Positions 52,543 through 61,950 of a DNA stretch of 64,000 nt are shown here, in pieces (the first letter of the stretch is position 1; each line of letters begins with the position of its first letter). Where the stretch lies: the NCBI GenBank assembly GCA_002009975.1, contig MTLP01000042.1:256001-320000 (forward strand). Direction: 5' to 3'. The translations under genes were made by a program, and so were the position numbers. Under the pieces are notes generated by a model. The model was not told where the DNA came from and did not search any database. It saw only the letters and a program-made list of their open reading frames with translations. The stretch is from Thermococcus sp. JdFR-02 (lineage in GTDB: Archaea > Methanobacteriota_B > Thermococci > Thermococcales > Thermococcaceae).

Positions 52543-53307
52543 ATGGAAGATTTCCTTCATTTTAATCATCTTTTTGTGGGAATAGGTAACAACGGTTCTC
52601 GTATCGTTAAGAATCTGAATATTAAGAATGCTGGGAGAGTTGTAGTCGATCCAGCAGATTACATCCTAAATAGAAAGGAGCTTATTAGAGATATAAAGGA
52701 ATTTTTTGGAAAATTAGATGACAACACAATAGCTTGGTTTTTGTTTGAGAACAAGCCCATCAATATAGAAATCTCGAAGCAAATTAATTATTATACCCCA
52801 AGCAAGGTAATTAGACTGGCGTATGTTCTAACTCCACATACCGAGCTTGTTGAAATGAATAAGCCAGAATGGGCAGATATGTTTGAAACCGTATTTTATG
52901 ATTCCCTCAGAGAGCTTTTGAAAGAATATCAAGAGATACCCTTAAAAGATGCCTTTGAAATGGCGAGCAGATATATAGGTGGAATGTTCTCCAAGCTTTA
53001 CTATTATCTTGAAAATGACATGCTCATCAATGTTGATTATGCTGATCTGTTTGCTATGATAAAAGGAAGAAATGTTGGGATATTAAGGATACTTAATAAA
53101 GTTGATTTTGATTGGAACTGGGGAATTTGGGAGAGAGGTCTCATAAACATTAGAGCTGGAAGACGCGTTCCATTAAGCAAAGCCCATTTAATTCTCAATA
53201 GATTTCAAGATCTTTTAAGCAAAAAGGATATCATATGGGGAGTTCAGATAGATGAGGAAGTCGAGAAGGATATCGAAATATTAGCGCTTTTAGTTAAGAG
53301 GTGGTGA
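52543..53307 (+). CDS. Divergent FtsZ/tubulin-like protein
   Basis: N-terminal FVGIGNNGSRIV (T1-like) and LINVDYADL (T7 loop-like), plus IIWG near the C-terminus. The GGGTGTG signature is absent. Confidence 0.6.
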   Translation: MEDFLHFNHLFVGIGNNGSRIVKNLNIKNAGRVVVDPADYILNRKELIRDIKEFFGKLDDNTIAWFLFENKPINIEISKQINYYTPSKVIRLAYVLTPHTELVEMNKPEWADMFETVFYDSLRELLKEYQEIPLKDAFEMASRYIGGMFSKLYYYLENDMLINVDYADLFAMIKGRNVGILRILNKVDFDWNWGIWERGLINIRAGRRVPLSKAHLILNRFQDLLSKKDIIWGVQIDEEVEKDIEILALLVKRW

Positions 53308-53308
53308 A

Positions 53309-53953
53309 ATGAGAGCAATATTTTTTGACATAGATGAGACTCTCTTGAGTGAGAGACCTTTAATCATGCTATTTTTGCCTCAAGTTTACACAGAACTTTC
53401 AAAAAGATTGGGAATACCTAAGGATAGCGCTAGATTGAAATTTTTAAAAGAACTCATGGAGCGCAGGAATACTTATGAATGGCATGACTGGAACTTCTTC
53501 TTTGAACTTTTTGGAATTGATATTAGGTATGAAAACTTACTAAAAGCGTATCCCCACAAACTTCATGTATTTCCAGACGTTAAGCCAACACTAAAGTGGC
53601 TTAAAGAAGAAGGATATAAGCTCGGTATAATAACAAGTGGTCCAGAATATCAAAGGTTAAAACTTAGATTAACGAAACTCGATAAATATTTTGATATCAT
53701 AGTAACAAGGGAAGATGTAAAAACTGTGAAGCCAGATCCCCTAATATTCCTCTACGCATGTCAAAGAATAGGGGTTGAACCACAGGAAACTGTCATGATC
53801 GGAGATAATCTGCAACAAGACGTTTTGGGAGCAAAGAACTCCGGAATGATAGGCGTGTGGATAAATAGAAATGGAGATGAAGATTATCACTTTGCTGATT
53901 ATGAGATAAAAACCCTTTATGAGCTAAGAAAGATTTTAGGTGGTGCAAAATGA
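53309..53953 (+). CDS. HAD-superfamily hydrolase
   Basis: FFDIDETL, GIITSG, KPDP, IGDNLQQDV.GA. Confidence 0.92.
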   Translation: MRAIFFDIDETLLSERPLIMLFLPQVYTELSKRLGIPKDSARLKFLKELMERRNTYEWHDWNFFFELFGIDIRYENLLKAYPHKLHVFPDVKPTLKWLKEEGYKLGIITSGPEYQRLKLRLTKLDKYFDIIVTREDVKTVKPDPLIFLYACQRIGVEPQETVMIGDNLQQDVLGAKNSGMIGVWINRNGDEDYHFADYEIKTLYELRKILGGAK

Positions 53954-54129
53954 AGGAGATATACAAAAACGAGGGGATTTTCTATGAATATAAGAAGGAA
54001 AAAGTAAAGCTTGAAAATGGAGATGAAATTATCCATAAGCAAGAGAGACCTACAAAGCTTTGGTGGGAACTTAAAGAAGCTATAAAAGGCAAAAAAGTTA
54101 AAATAATCGTCTATGAACTTGGAGAATGA
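53950..54129 (+). CDS. Small hypothetical protein (59 aa, not in ORF track)
   Basis: ATGA overlap with the HAD stop and RBS GGTGGTG; MKEIYKNEGIFYEYKKEKVKLENGDEIIHKQERPTKLWWELKEAIKGKKVKIIVYELGE*. It fills the operon gap. Confidence 0.75.
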   Translation: MKEIYKNEGIFYEYKKEKVKLENGDEIIHKQERPTKLWWELKEAIKGKKVKIIVYELGE

Positions 54130-54145
54130 CCTTTCTGGTGATTCC

Positions 54146-54607
54146 ATGAAAGTAGTCTATGAGAAAGAAATCGATGCAAGTAAGATAGTGGTATCACCGA
54201 GACCAGTTTGGAAGTGTAAGGCTTGTCCAATGTATGGCAAAAATCCCTCTTGTCCACCTTATGCTCCACCTTGGCAAGAAGCTAAAGAATGGATCAGGAA
54301 TTTTAAAAGGGCTTTGGTAATAAAGTTTGAAGTTGATTATGAGAACTTTGAAACGGAAAAGAGAAAGGCTCTTTTATACCTATTAAGAAAGGAAGAAGAA
54401 CTATTTAGGAATGGAAATTTCTATGCATTCGCTCTTTTTCCTGGAAACTGCAATCTCTGTGAAGAGTGTGAGTTTCAAAAAAGTAAAAAATGCGTAGAGC
54501 CAACAAAAGTTAGGTTTTCTTTATGTGCTGTTGGAATTGAAATAAAGTCATTTGCTAAGGTAAATTTTAGCGAAAGCGTTTTGTATGGGATAATACTCAT
54601 TGATTAA
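54146..54607 (+). CDS. DUF2284 Cys-rich metal-binding protein
   Basis: WKCKACPMYGKNPSCPP and GNCNLCEEC...C motifs; start after GGTGAT. Confidence 0.8.
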   Translation: MKVVYEKEIDASKIVVSPRPVWKCKACPMYGKNPSCPPYAPPWQEAKEWIRNFKRALVIKFEVDYENFETEKRKALLYLLRKEEELFRNGNFYAFALFPGNCNLCEECEFQKSKKCVEPTKVRFSLCAVGIEIKSFAKVNFSESVLYGIILID

Positions 54608-54619
54608 AGAGATGATGTT

Positions 54620-55090
54620 ATGAAAGCGTACATAACCATGCTTGGTCGCTCAACATGGGCAATGATTAATGCGTATTATGCAATTGTAATGCACAAAAAA
54701 TATCGTCCAGATGAAATATACATCTTTTTAGAGAATATTTACATTAACAAGCTTCCAAAGGCTATTGAGGCTTTAAAAATAATCTCTAGAGCTTTTGGAT
54801 TTGAGCCGAGAATAAGCTATGAAATAATTGAAGAAGCAAACTTTCTAGAGGCTGATAAAAAGATTGGAGACCTTTTAAAAGAGCTTAAGGAAAAAGGTTA
54901 TGAGATAACGATTGAAATAACCTCCGGAAGGAAAGCGTTAGTTGCAGGGGCTTTAATACACGGTGTTCCATTAAAAGTCAATCACGTTTTTTATTTAGCA
55001 ATAAAAAATCTTGAATTTGCAAACAGACCTTACATGATGATTCCCTTACAGATACAAAAGCTAAAAGATTTCATGGAGGGAAAAGATTGA
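54620..55090 (+). CDS. Stand-alone CARF-fold protein
   Basis: N-terminal strand-loop YITMLGRS and CARF motif-II-like IEITSGRKAL; 156 aa with no fused effector. Confidence 0.65.
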   Translation: MKAYITMLGRSTWAMINAYYAIVMHKKYRPDEIYIFLENIYINKLPKAIEALKIISRAFGFEPRISYEIIEEANFLEADKKIGDLLKELKEKGYEITIEITSGRKALVAGALIHGVPLKVNHVFYLAIKNLEFANRPYMMIPLQIQKLKDFMEGKD

Positions 55091-56091
55091 AAGAAGAAAT
55101 AATATCAAAGCCCGAGTTGCAACTCCTAATCAATCTCCTTCAAAGAAGTGAACTTAACGTTAGTTATCCTCTTTATGGCAATTTTCCCCTTCTAAAAGCT
55201 TGGGTAGAAGATGATGGCTACAAAATCAAAGTTTTAGCCAATGAAGGGGATTTTTCAAGAGTTCTAAGAGATAAGAGGGAATACATATATGATCTTCCAA
55301 CATATAGAGATTTTCACGAATGCTTCTTAGCAGCAGGGATTTTGCAATATGCTAATATCGATGAGTTCTTAGAGCGCTTGGAAGGGTATAAATCTTTAAC
55401 AAAGGGGATTATCTTTGCTCCAGATACAAATTTACTCTATCATGCTTTCATATCCAATTTTAAACCCTTAAAGGGTTATGAAATCGTCATTGTTGATACT
55501 GTTAAAAAAGAAATTGAGAATGCCATGAACTTTAAATATAAGCCAAGTCAATTAAAAGAGCTAAGGAGAATACTGCACAATTATGAACTTTTAAATGAAT
55601 TCAGCAATAGGAGAATGAAAAAATCGAGAAAAGCTGCTTATATAGCCTTGAGAGAATTTGAAAAACTAAAGAGTAGATCGATTGAGGTAGAAAGTATAAA
55701 AGAAGAGACCCACACTAACGACGAGCTAATAGTAAAGACATTAAAAAAGTTTGACAAAGATACACCTACTTTGACTGTTCTCTTGACAGCAGATATAGTC
55801 ATGACGGATATAGCCAAGCTTGAAGGTATCGAGTATTTTCTTTTTGAATATCCTCATAAAAAGCTCGATGAACTTTTTGCAACTCCTTATCAACTTCGTT
55901 CGCTGCTTTTTAACCTCGCAACTGTATTTGGCGTAGTTGAGGTGAATAAAGTTTTGATTTTTGGAGAATTTGGAGGGAAAGTTAAACTTAATGAACTAAA
56001 ATTAAGGTTTCACAGAGGAGGGCTTTATGAAGAACATAAGTTCCACTTAAACATATGCAGAGAAATAATAAAATTAGGAATAGAAAGATGA
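55087..56091 (+). CDS. PIN-domain protein with N- and C-terminal extensions
   Basis: Acidic tetrad: APDTNLLY, VKKEIE, NDELIV, LLTAD. The TTG start overlaps the CARF stop codon. Confidence 0.78.
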   Translation: MKEEIISKPELQLLINLLQRSELNVSYPLYGNFPLLKAWVEDDGYKIKVLANEGDFSRVLRDKREYIYDLPTYRDFHECFLAAGILQYANIDEFLERLEGYKSLTKGIIFAPDTNLLYHAFISNFKPLKGYEIVIVDTVKKEIENAMNFKYKPSQLKELRRILHNYELLNEFSNRRMKKSRKAAYIALREFEKLKSRSIEVESIKEETHTNDELIVKTLKKFDKDTPTLTVLLTADIVMTDIAKLEGIEYFLFEYPHKKLDELFATPYQLRSLLFNLATVFGVVEVNKVLIFGEFGGKVKLNELKLRFHRGGLYEEHKFHLNICREIIKLGIER

Positions 56092-57414
56092 CTACTGCAA
56101 CATTCCCTCGAGCTTCTCAACGTATTCAATGCTTCTCCTAACGTCTGCAAAGAGCTCCTTAGCCTTTTCAATGTGTTCCTTTTCAACCTTTCCGCTTGCA
56201 ATAATGCTTGCTGGAGCTAAAAGTTGAACTGCATACCTTAGACTTGTCTTCTCTCCAAGTTCTGCTAAATACTCTATTGCCTCTTCGCTAATTTCAATAC
56301 CCTCTTCTTTAGCCCTAATCTTAACTATTTCCCTTATCTCCTCTTTATTGTATGGTGATGTATTGATAATTAAAAGTCTATCAAGCATGTCAATTGGAAT
56401 TCCATGTGGAGATTCAAGATCAGTTCCTCTAATCCTTGTCTTTCCTCTGTTAGTTGCCAAAATCAAGATTGGAGCTAACTCACTTTCCATTGCTCTTGCT
56501 AGGAAAGAGAAAGCTTCAATATCTAACATGTGGCATTCATCAATAAACAAAACTCCTGGGACTAAAACAGCTTTCCCTTCCTCAACCCATTGTTTAACTG
56601 TCTCATCAACCCTTTCTCTAACCTCATCCGTAATTTCCAACCCTCCACCAAAGAGAAGACCAAAAATTCCCCCAGCTCTTGCATTAACTAAGTCCAAGTC
56701 ATGTAAGCTAACGGTGTAGGTAAATTCCTTAACTTTCAAAACTCTCCCGCTTGGAATCTCAACTTTTCTGTAAGTGAATAAATCCTCTTCTCCCTTTGCA
56801 ACTCCAATTCTTGAAATCCTTCCGCTATCTGCATCTATTTGAATTACATCACCCTCTCTAATTCCTAGTTCAAGGAGTTGATAGGCTATGTTCCTATCCG
56901 CTCTTAATGTTTTTGTCTCTTCCTTTGTTTTCAAAGTTATGACGGCACTTTCTGGAATCTCTGCATATGGATTGAAGGGATGTCTCGTCATCTTTATATC
57001 AACCTTTTCAACTAAACCTTCATAAACTCTTCTCTCTTCGCTTATCCTAACACCTATCGCCCTTCTCAAAGCTTGTTTCAAGAATTCCGTCTTCTTTATC
57101 TCTGCAGAATAAATCTCACTTCCAGAAATCTGAACAAAAGGTACATCTTCACCTAATTCCTTGGCTATTCCCATAGCTATAGCAGTTTTACCAGAACCTG
57201 TTGGTCCAACTAAAAGAATGCCTTTTCCAGCTAATTTGCCTTTCTTAATTAGTTTTACAGCAATTCCTGCAGCTTCTCTTGCCTTTGTTTGACCTACCAT
57301 CCCGTCTGCAATGAACTTCGCTTTTCCATTCTCATCTAAACCAAGACCTTTTATATGAGAATGGAATCCCACTCTTTCAAAGCTGACCTTTGCTATCTCT
57401 TCAATTACTGGCAC
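56092..57414 (-). CDS. TIP49/RuvBL AAA+ ATPase
   Basis: HSHIKGLGL, GMVGQ..AREAAG, GPTGSGKTA, GSEIYS.E, PGVLFIDECHMLD, ATNRG, DMLDRLLII. Confidence 0.95.
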   Translation of the reverse strand: MPVIEEIAKVSFERVGFHSHIKGLGLDENGKAKFIADGMVGQTKAREAAGIAVKLIKKGKLAGKGILLVGPTGSGKTAIAMGIAKELGEDVPFVQISGSEIYSAEIKKTEFLKQALRRAIGVRISEERRVYEGLVEKVDIKMTRHPFNPYAEIPESAVITLKTKEETKTLRADRNIAYQLLELGIREGDVIQIDADSGRISRIGVAKGEEDLFTYRKVEIPSGRVLKVKEFTYTVSLHDLDLVNARAGGIFGLLFGGGLEITDEVRERVDETVKQWVEEGKAVLVPGVLFIDECHMLDIEAFSFLARAMESELAPILILATNRGKTRIRGTDLESPHGIPIDMLDRLLIINTSPYNKEEIREIVKIRAKEEGIEISEEAIEYLAELGEKTSLRYAVQLLAPASIIASGKVEKEHIEKAKELFADVRRSIEYVEKLEGMLQ

Positions 57415-57720
57415 TTTATCACCTCCTGAAAATTTAAAATTCCATTTTGTTATTAAAAGGTGTATTTTAAAAGTTTAACGGAACAATAATGAAAAAGCTT
57501 ATTAAGATATAAACTAAACAAAAACAGTTAAACTGAAAAATTGGAAAAAACTGGGTAGCACATTGCCTCTACAAATGTCTATGGATAGAAAATTTTTAAA
57601 ATAGACACATTTTCATTTAAAAACTTTTTCATAGGATTTTAAAATTTGCTATGGTAAACCGAAAAGCTTTTAAAGTTTTCGCCGAAAAGCTTAAAAATGA
57701 ATTTTGTTTGGGGTGGGGCT

Positions 57721-58029
57721 ATGAAACGTTTAGGCAAAGTTTCTCATTATGCTAAACAAGGCTTCTTGATCTTACGCTCTAATTGGGCGCCTTCGTTAAA
57801 TGACGTAGTTGTTGATAAAAATCTCAAGGTTATTGGAATAGTTAAAGACGTTTTTGGACCCGTTAAAATGCCGTATATAGCTGTAAAGCCTAAGGTAAGG
57901 AATCCAGAAGAGTTGGTAGGACAGATCTTGTATGTGGATAAGAGGCGTAAAGAGAAAGTGAGAAAGAAAAACAAACGAGAGAAGAAGGGAAAAAGAAGAA
58001 AACGCCCCGCCCCCAAAAAGAGGGGGTGA
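57721..58029 (+). CDS. gar1: H/ACA RNP protein Gar1
   Basis: MKRLGKVSHY...VVDKNL..IG.VKDVFGPV..PY; basic tail; start after GGGGTGGGG. Confidence 0.9.
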   Translation: MKRLGKVSHYAKQGFLILRSNWAPSLNDVVVDKNLKVIGIVKDVFGPVKMPYIAVKPKVRNPEELVGQILYVDKRRKEKVRKKNKREKKGKRRKRPAPKKRG

Positions 58030-58034
58030 ATTAA

Positions 58035-58955
58035 ATGCCTGCTGCTGAAGATGTTAAAAAATGTCCCGTTTGTGGATCCACCAAGTTAATTTTTGATCCT
58101 GAAAGGGGTGAAATAGTCTGTACAAGTTGTGGTTATGTCGTTGCGCAAAATATAATTGACACTGGACCCGAATGGAGAGCTTTTGATGCTAGCCAAAGAG
58201 AAAAGAGAGGGAGAGTTGGTGCTCCAATTACATATACAATTCACGATAAAGGACTCTCAACTATGATAGACTGGAAAAACAAGGACATTCACGGTCATGA
58301 GTTATCTGCAACTACAAGAGCTCAAATGTATCGTTTGAGAAAATGGCAAAGGAGAATTAGAGTTTCAGATGCAGCTGAAAGAAACTTGGCTTTTGCTTTG
58401 AGTGAATTGGATAGAATGGCTTCTCAAATGGGATTGCCAAGAAATGTTAAGGAAATGGCAGCCGTTCTTTATAGAAAAGCAGTTATGGAGCACTTAATTA
58501 GAGGTCGCTCTATTGAAGGTGTCACAGCCGCTTGTCTCTATGCAGCATGTAGAATGGCTAAAGTACCAAGAACCTTAGATGAAATTGAAGAGGTCGCAAG
58601 AGTTGACAAAAAGGAGATAGGAAGGAGTTATAGATTCATAGCAAGGGAATTAAACCTTAGATTACCTCCAACAAGTCCAATTGATTATGTCAACAGATTT
58701 GCAGATCAGCTTGGATTGAGTGAAAGAACCAAATCAAGGGCTATTAAAATACTCCAAGAGGCTATAAAGAAGGGATTGACAAGTGGTAGGGGACCTATGG
58801 GTGTTGCAGCTGCCGCTTTATATATAGCAAGTGTTCTTGAAGGAGAAAAGAGAACGCAGAGAGAAGTAGCTGAAGTTGCTCACGTTACTGAAGTTACAGT
58901 TAGAAATAGATACAAAGAATTGGTTGAAAAGCTTGGAATTAAGCTAAACATTTAG
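58035..58955 (+). CDS. tfb: Transcription initiation factor IIB
   Basis: Zn ribbon CPVC..CTSC, GPEWRAF, HDKGLST, ERNL, RGRSIE, cyclin repeats, [13 protein letters not shown]. Confidence 0.97.
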   Translation: MPAAEDVKKCPVCGSTKLIFDPERGEIVCTSCGYVVAQNIIDTGPEWRAFDASQREKRGRVGAPITYTIHDKGLSTMIDWKNKDIHGHELSATTRAQMYRLRKWQRRIRVSDAAERNLAFALSELDRMASQMGLPRNVKEMAAVLYRKAVMEHLIRGRSIEGVTAACLYAACRMAKVPRTLDEIEEVARVDKKEIGRSYRFIARELNLRLPPTSPIDYVNRFADQLGLSERTKSRAIKILQEAIKKGLTSGRGPMGVAAAALYIASVLEGEKRTQREVAEVAHVTEVTVRNRYKELVEKLGIKLNI

Positions 58956-58967
58956 TTTTTTTTCTTT

Positions 58968-59030
58968 TCACCAGATGAGGAAACAAACCCGTCGCCGATT
59001 GGTGACGAAAGGGGACCTCTCCGATGGTGA
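58968..59030 (+). ncRNA. Probable box C/D guide sRNA
   Basis: Terminal stem TCACCA/TGGTGA; box C ATGAGGA; 13-nt guide AACAAACCCGTCG; D' CCGA; C' GTGACGA; 12-nt guide AAGGGGACCTCT; D CCGA. Confidence 0.7.
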
Positions 59031-59034
59031 TAGA

Positions 59035-59550
59035 ATGAGAATTGGAATATTAAGTGACACTCATTATCCAGACAAAACCTCTTACCTTCCTGATCTAATT
59101 TTTGATATTTTTGGGAGAAAAAAGGTTGAGCTTATTTTACACGCTGGTGATTTGACCGCTCCAAGTGTTAAAGAAACTCTTGAAGAAATTGCACCTGTTG
59201 TTGTAGTTAGAGGAAACTTAGATTTACCAAGTTACCCAGAGGAGCAGGTGGTTGAAGTTGAGAAACTTAGAATTGGCATGATTCATGGACATCAGCTTTA
59301 CCCTTTAGATACCCAAACCCTAAAATATAAAGCGTTAGATATGGACGTTGATTTATTAATATTTGGACATACTCATAGGTTTTTCTTTGAGACTTATGAG
59401 TTTATGGAAAAAAGAGTGGCGATTTTAAATCCAGGTTCTCCAACTGTGCCGAGATTCAGTGATCCTACCTTTGTTGTCGGTGAAATTAAAGACAAAAAAT
59501 TTGAGTTTGAGACCTTTAAACCTTGGGAGACACAATGGAAATATCCTTAA
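59035..59550 (+). CDS. Metallophosphoesterase (YfcE/Vps29 family)
   Basis: SDTH, HAGD, RGNLD, IHGH, FGHTH, NPGS; start ATG 59035. Confidence 0.92.
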   Translation: MRIGILSDTHYPDKTSYLPDLIFDIFGRKKVELILHAGDLTAPSVKETLEEIAPVVVVRGNLDLPSYPEEQVVEVEKLRIGMIHGHQLYPLDTQTLKYKALDMDVDLLIFGHTHRFFFETYEFMEKRVAILNPGSPTVPRFSDPTFVVGEIKDKKFEFETFKPWETQWKYP

Positions 59551-59597
59551 AAAGCTTTAAAAATGAAAATACCAAAAATTAAGGAAGAGAATAGAAA

Positions 59598-59801
59598 TCA
59601 AGCCTTAATAGCGAGCTTAATATCCTCGGCTTTGACTGTCTTTCTTCCAGCGTGCTTTGCAAGCTCAACAGCCTTCTTAGCAATCTCAACAGCCTTCTCC
59701 TCGAGGTGCTCGGCTAATACTTTTGCTGCCTCTTCGCTAACTCTTGCAGCACCTGCCTTTCTAATCAATCTATCAACTGGGGCAATTGGTAACTCAGCCA
59801 T
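59598..59801 (-). CDS. Archaeal histone (B-type)
   Basis: [37 protein letters not shown]...[15 protein letters not shown]. Confidence 0.97.
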   Translation of the reverse strand: MAELPIAPVDRLIRKAGAARVSEEAAKVLAEHLEEKAVEIAKKAVELAKHAGRKTVKAEDIKLAIKA

Positions 59802-60217
59802 TTCCCCAACCTCCTAAAATTTTTTTTGTTAATATCTGCATTTTAATTTTTGAACAAAGGCATATATAAACTTTTCGGAAAATAACCCCACTCAGGCAAA
59901 GATTTGATGATCTCCCTTATATTTGTTGAGAGTTCTCGAAAAATAATGCTAACAGGATTAAGATAGACATTTTTAGGCATTTTCACCTATATTGCTACTG
60001 GTCAAGTTGATCTTCCTAATCAAAATAGTACTTTGTTGTGTGCTTGTTTTTTGTTACATTATGTTACAATCGTATAATGATACCAAAGAATTTCCCTTCC
60101 AGTAACACTATGCAAATAAACAGTAACATGTCGATATTTGTCGAATGACGTAACGTTTATATACAAAAATCACGCAAATATACAAACGTCAAATGCTCCA
60201 AGGAGGTGCACAATACC

Positions 60218-60310
60218 ATGGCAGGGGCAAACTTTGTTTTGTTTGTACTTCCAACTTTGATAGTGTTAACATCAGTTTTGATATACTACTTTACAGGAAA
60301 GAAAAGATAG
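60218..60310 (+). CDS. 30-aa single-TM peptide upstream of symporter (not in ORF track)
   Basis: RBS AGGAGGTG then MAGANFVLFVLPTLIVLTSVLIYYFTGKKR*. Confidence 0.65.
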   Translation: MAGANFVLFVLPTLIVLTSVLIYYFTGKKR

Positions 60311-60339
60311 ATAAAAACAATAAGTTGGGGGTAGAATAA

Positions 60340-61815
60340 ATGGGTGCGTATGAAATGTTAAAAAACCCTGTAGCTTTAGTTGCATTTTTGTTTACATTGT
60401 TGTTGCCAATTTTTGTTGGGTTTTTGGTAATGAAGCGCACAAAGACTGAAGAGGACTTCTTCGTTGGCGGTAGAGCAATGGACAAAATAGTCGTTGCACT
60501 TTCAGCAGTTTCTTCAGGTAGATCTTCATGGCTTGTTTTAGCACTAAGTGGTATGGCTTACGCAAAAGGTGTAAGTGCAGTATGGGCAGCTGTAGGTTAT
60601 ATAGTTGCAGAAATGTTCCAATTCGTTTACATGGGAATGCGTTTGAGAAGATTTTCAGAGAAATACGATTGTATTACCGTTCCAGATTACTTTGAGGCAA
60701 GGTTTAGAGATGAGTCAAAAATACTTAGAATACTTGCATCTATAATTATAGCATTGTTCTTAACCGCCTACGTTGGAGCTCAATTCAATGCAGGTGCTAA
60801 GTCTCTAAGCACTGCTCTCGGATTGTCACCATTTACTGCACTGCTAATATCAGCACTGTTGATATTAATTTACATGGTTCTCGGTGGATTCATTGCAGTT
60901 GCCTATAATGACGTGATTAGGGCTGTAATAATGATAGTTGGTTTGGTTATCCTCCCAGTTGTGGCAATAGCTAAGGTGGGTGGATCTGGCGCAATGTTAT
61001 CTATTCTCCAACAATTAAATCCAAAATATGTCGATCCATTCTCACTTGGTATGGGAGGCTTAATAGGATTCCTTGGAATTGGATTTGGTTCACCAGGACA
61101 ACCACACATCATAGTCAGATACATGGCTATTGACAATCCAGATAAATTGAGAGCATCCACAGTTATCGGAACATTCTGGAACGTAGTTTTAGCATGGGGT
61201 GCAATTTTCACAGGTTTAGTAGGTAGAGCCTTGTATCCAGACGTCTCAATGCTTCCAAATAAAAGCGCTGAAATGATTTATTTGGTTCTATCTTCAGACT
61301 TCTTCGGACCACTGCTCTATGGAATTTTAGTTGGTGGTGTTTTTGCAGCAATTCTATCAACAGCAGATTCTCAATTGTTAGTAGTCGCATCAACTATAGT
61401 TAGAGACTTCTATCAAGAGGTCATAGAAAAAGGCAGGAAATTAGATGAAGACAGAGTACTGTTCCTTAGTAGAGTAGTTGTTATTGCTGCGGGTATTCTA
61501 GCAATGTTGCTAGCATATTTTGCAAAGGACATTATATTCTGGTTAGTCCTCTTTGCATGGGGTGGACTTGGAGCTGCAATTGGTCCAACACTAATATTAT
61601 CACTCTACTGGAAGAGAACAACAAAATGGGGAATTGTTGCTGGATTTATAGTAGGAACCTTCACAACCATAATCTGGAAGCTCTACCTAAAAGCAACAAC
61701 AGGAATTTACGAATTAGTTCCAGCGTTCCTGTTCTCACTCTTAGCAACAATAGTGGTCAGTTTAATGACCAAGCCTCCAGAAAATGTTGATGAGTTAATG
61801 AGCGCCATGGAATGA
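60340..61815 (+). CDS. putP: Sodium:solute symporter, PutP (Na+/proline)-like
   Basis: DFFVGGR, ALSAVSSGRSSW, YFEARF, GQPHIIVRY, AAILSTADSQLL, LYWKRTT, YELVPAF. Confidence 0.85.
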   Translation: MGAYEMLKNPVALVAFLFTLLLPIFVGFLVMKRTKTEEDFFVGGRAMDKIVVALSAVSSGRSSWLVLALSGMAYAKGVSAVWAAVGYIVAEMFQFVYMGMRLRRFSEKYDCITVPDYFEARFRDESKILRILASIIIALFLTAYVGAQFNAGAKSLSTALGLSPFTALLISALLILIYMVLGGFIAVAYNDVIRAVIMIVGLVILPVVAIAKVGGSGAMLSILQQLNPKYVDPFSLGMGGLIGFLGIGFGSPGQPHIIVRYMAIDNPDKLRASTVIGTFWNVVLAWGAIFTGLVGRALYPDVSMLPNKSAEMIYLVLSSDFFGPLLYGILVGGVFAAILSTADSQLLVVASTIVRDFYQEVIEKGRKLDEDRVLFLSRVVVIAAGILAMLLAYFAKDIIFWLVLFAWGGLGAAIGPTLILSLYWKRTTKWGIVAGFIVGTFTTIIWKLYLKATTGIYELVPAFLFSLLATIVVSLMTKPPENVDELMSAME

Positions 61816-61950
61816 AACCTTTTTCCTCTTCTTTTACCTTTTAATGGGCATTTCTGGGTAATAAAAAATTCAACAGCTTATGAATTGTCCAGAAACACTT
61901 AAAAACGTTCAGTAATGAAATATTTTTTAAAGCATTAGGAGGGTATAGAA

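Noticed and set aside
59900-59970. Second C/D sRNA starting at TGATGA upstream of the histone gene
   Set aside because: No properly spaced D', C' and D boxes or terminal stem.
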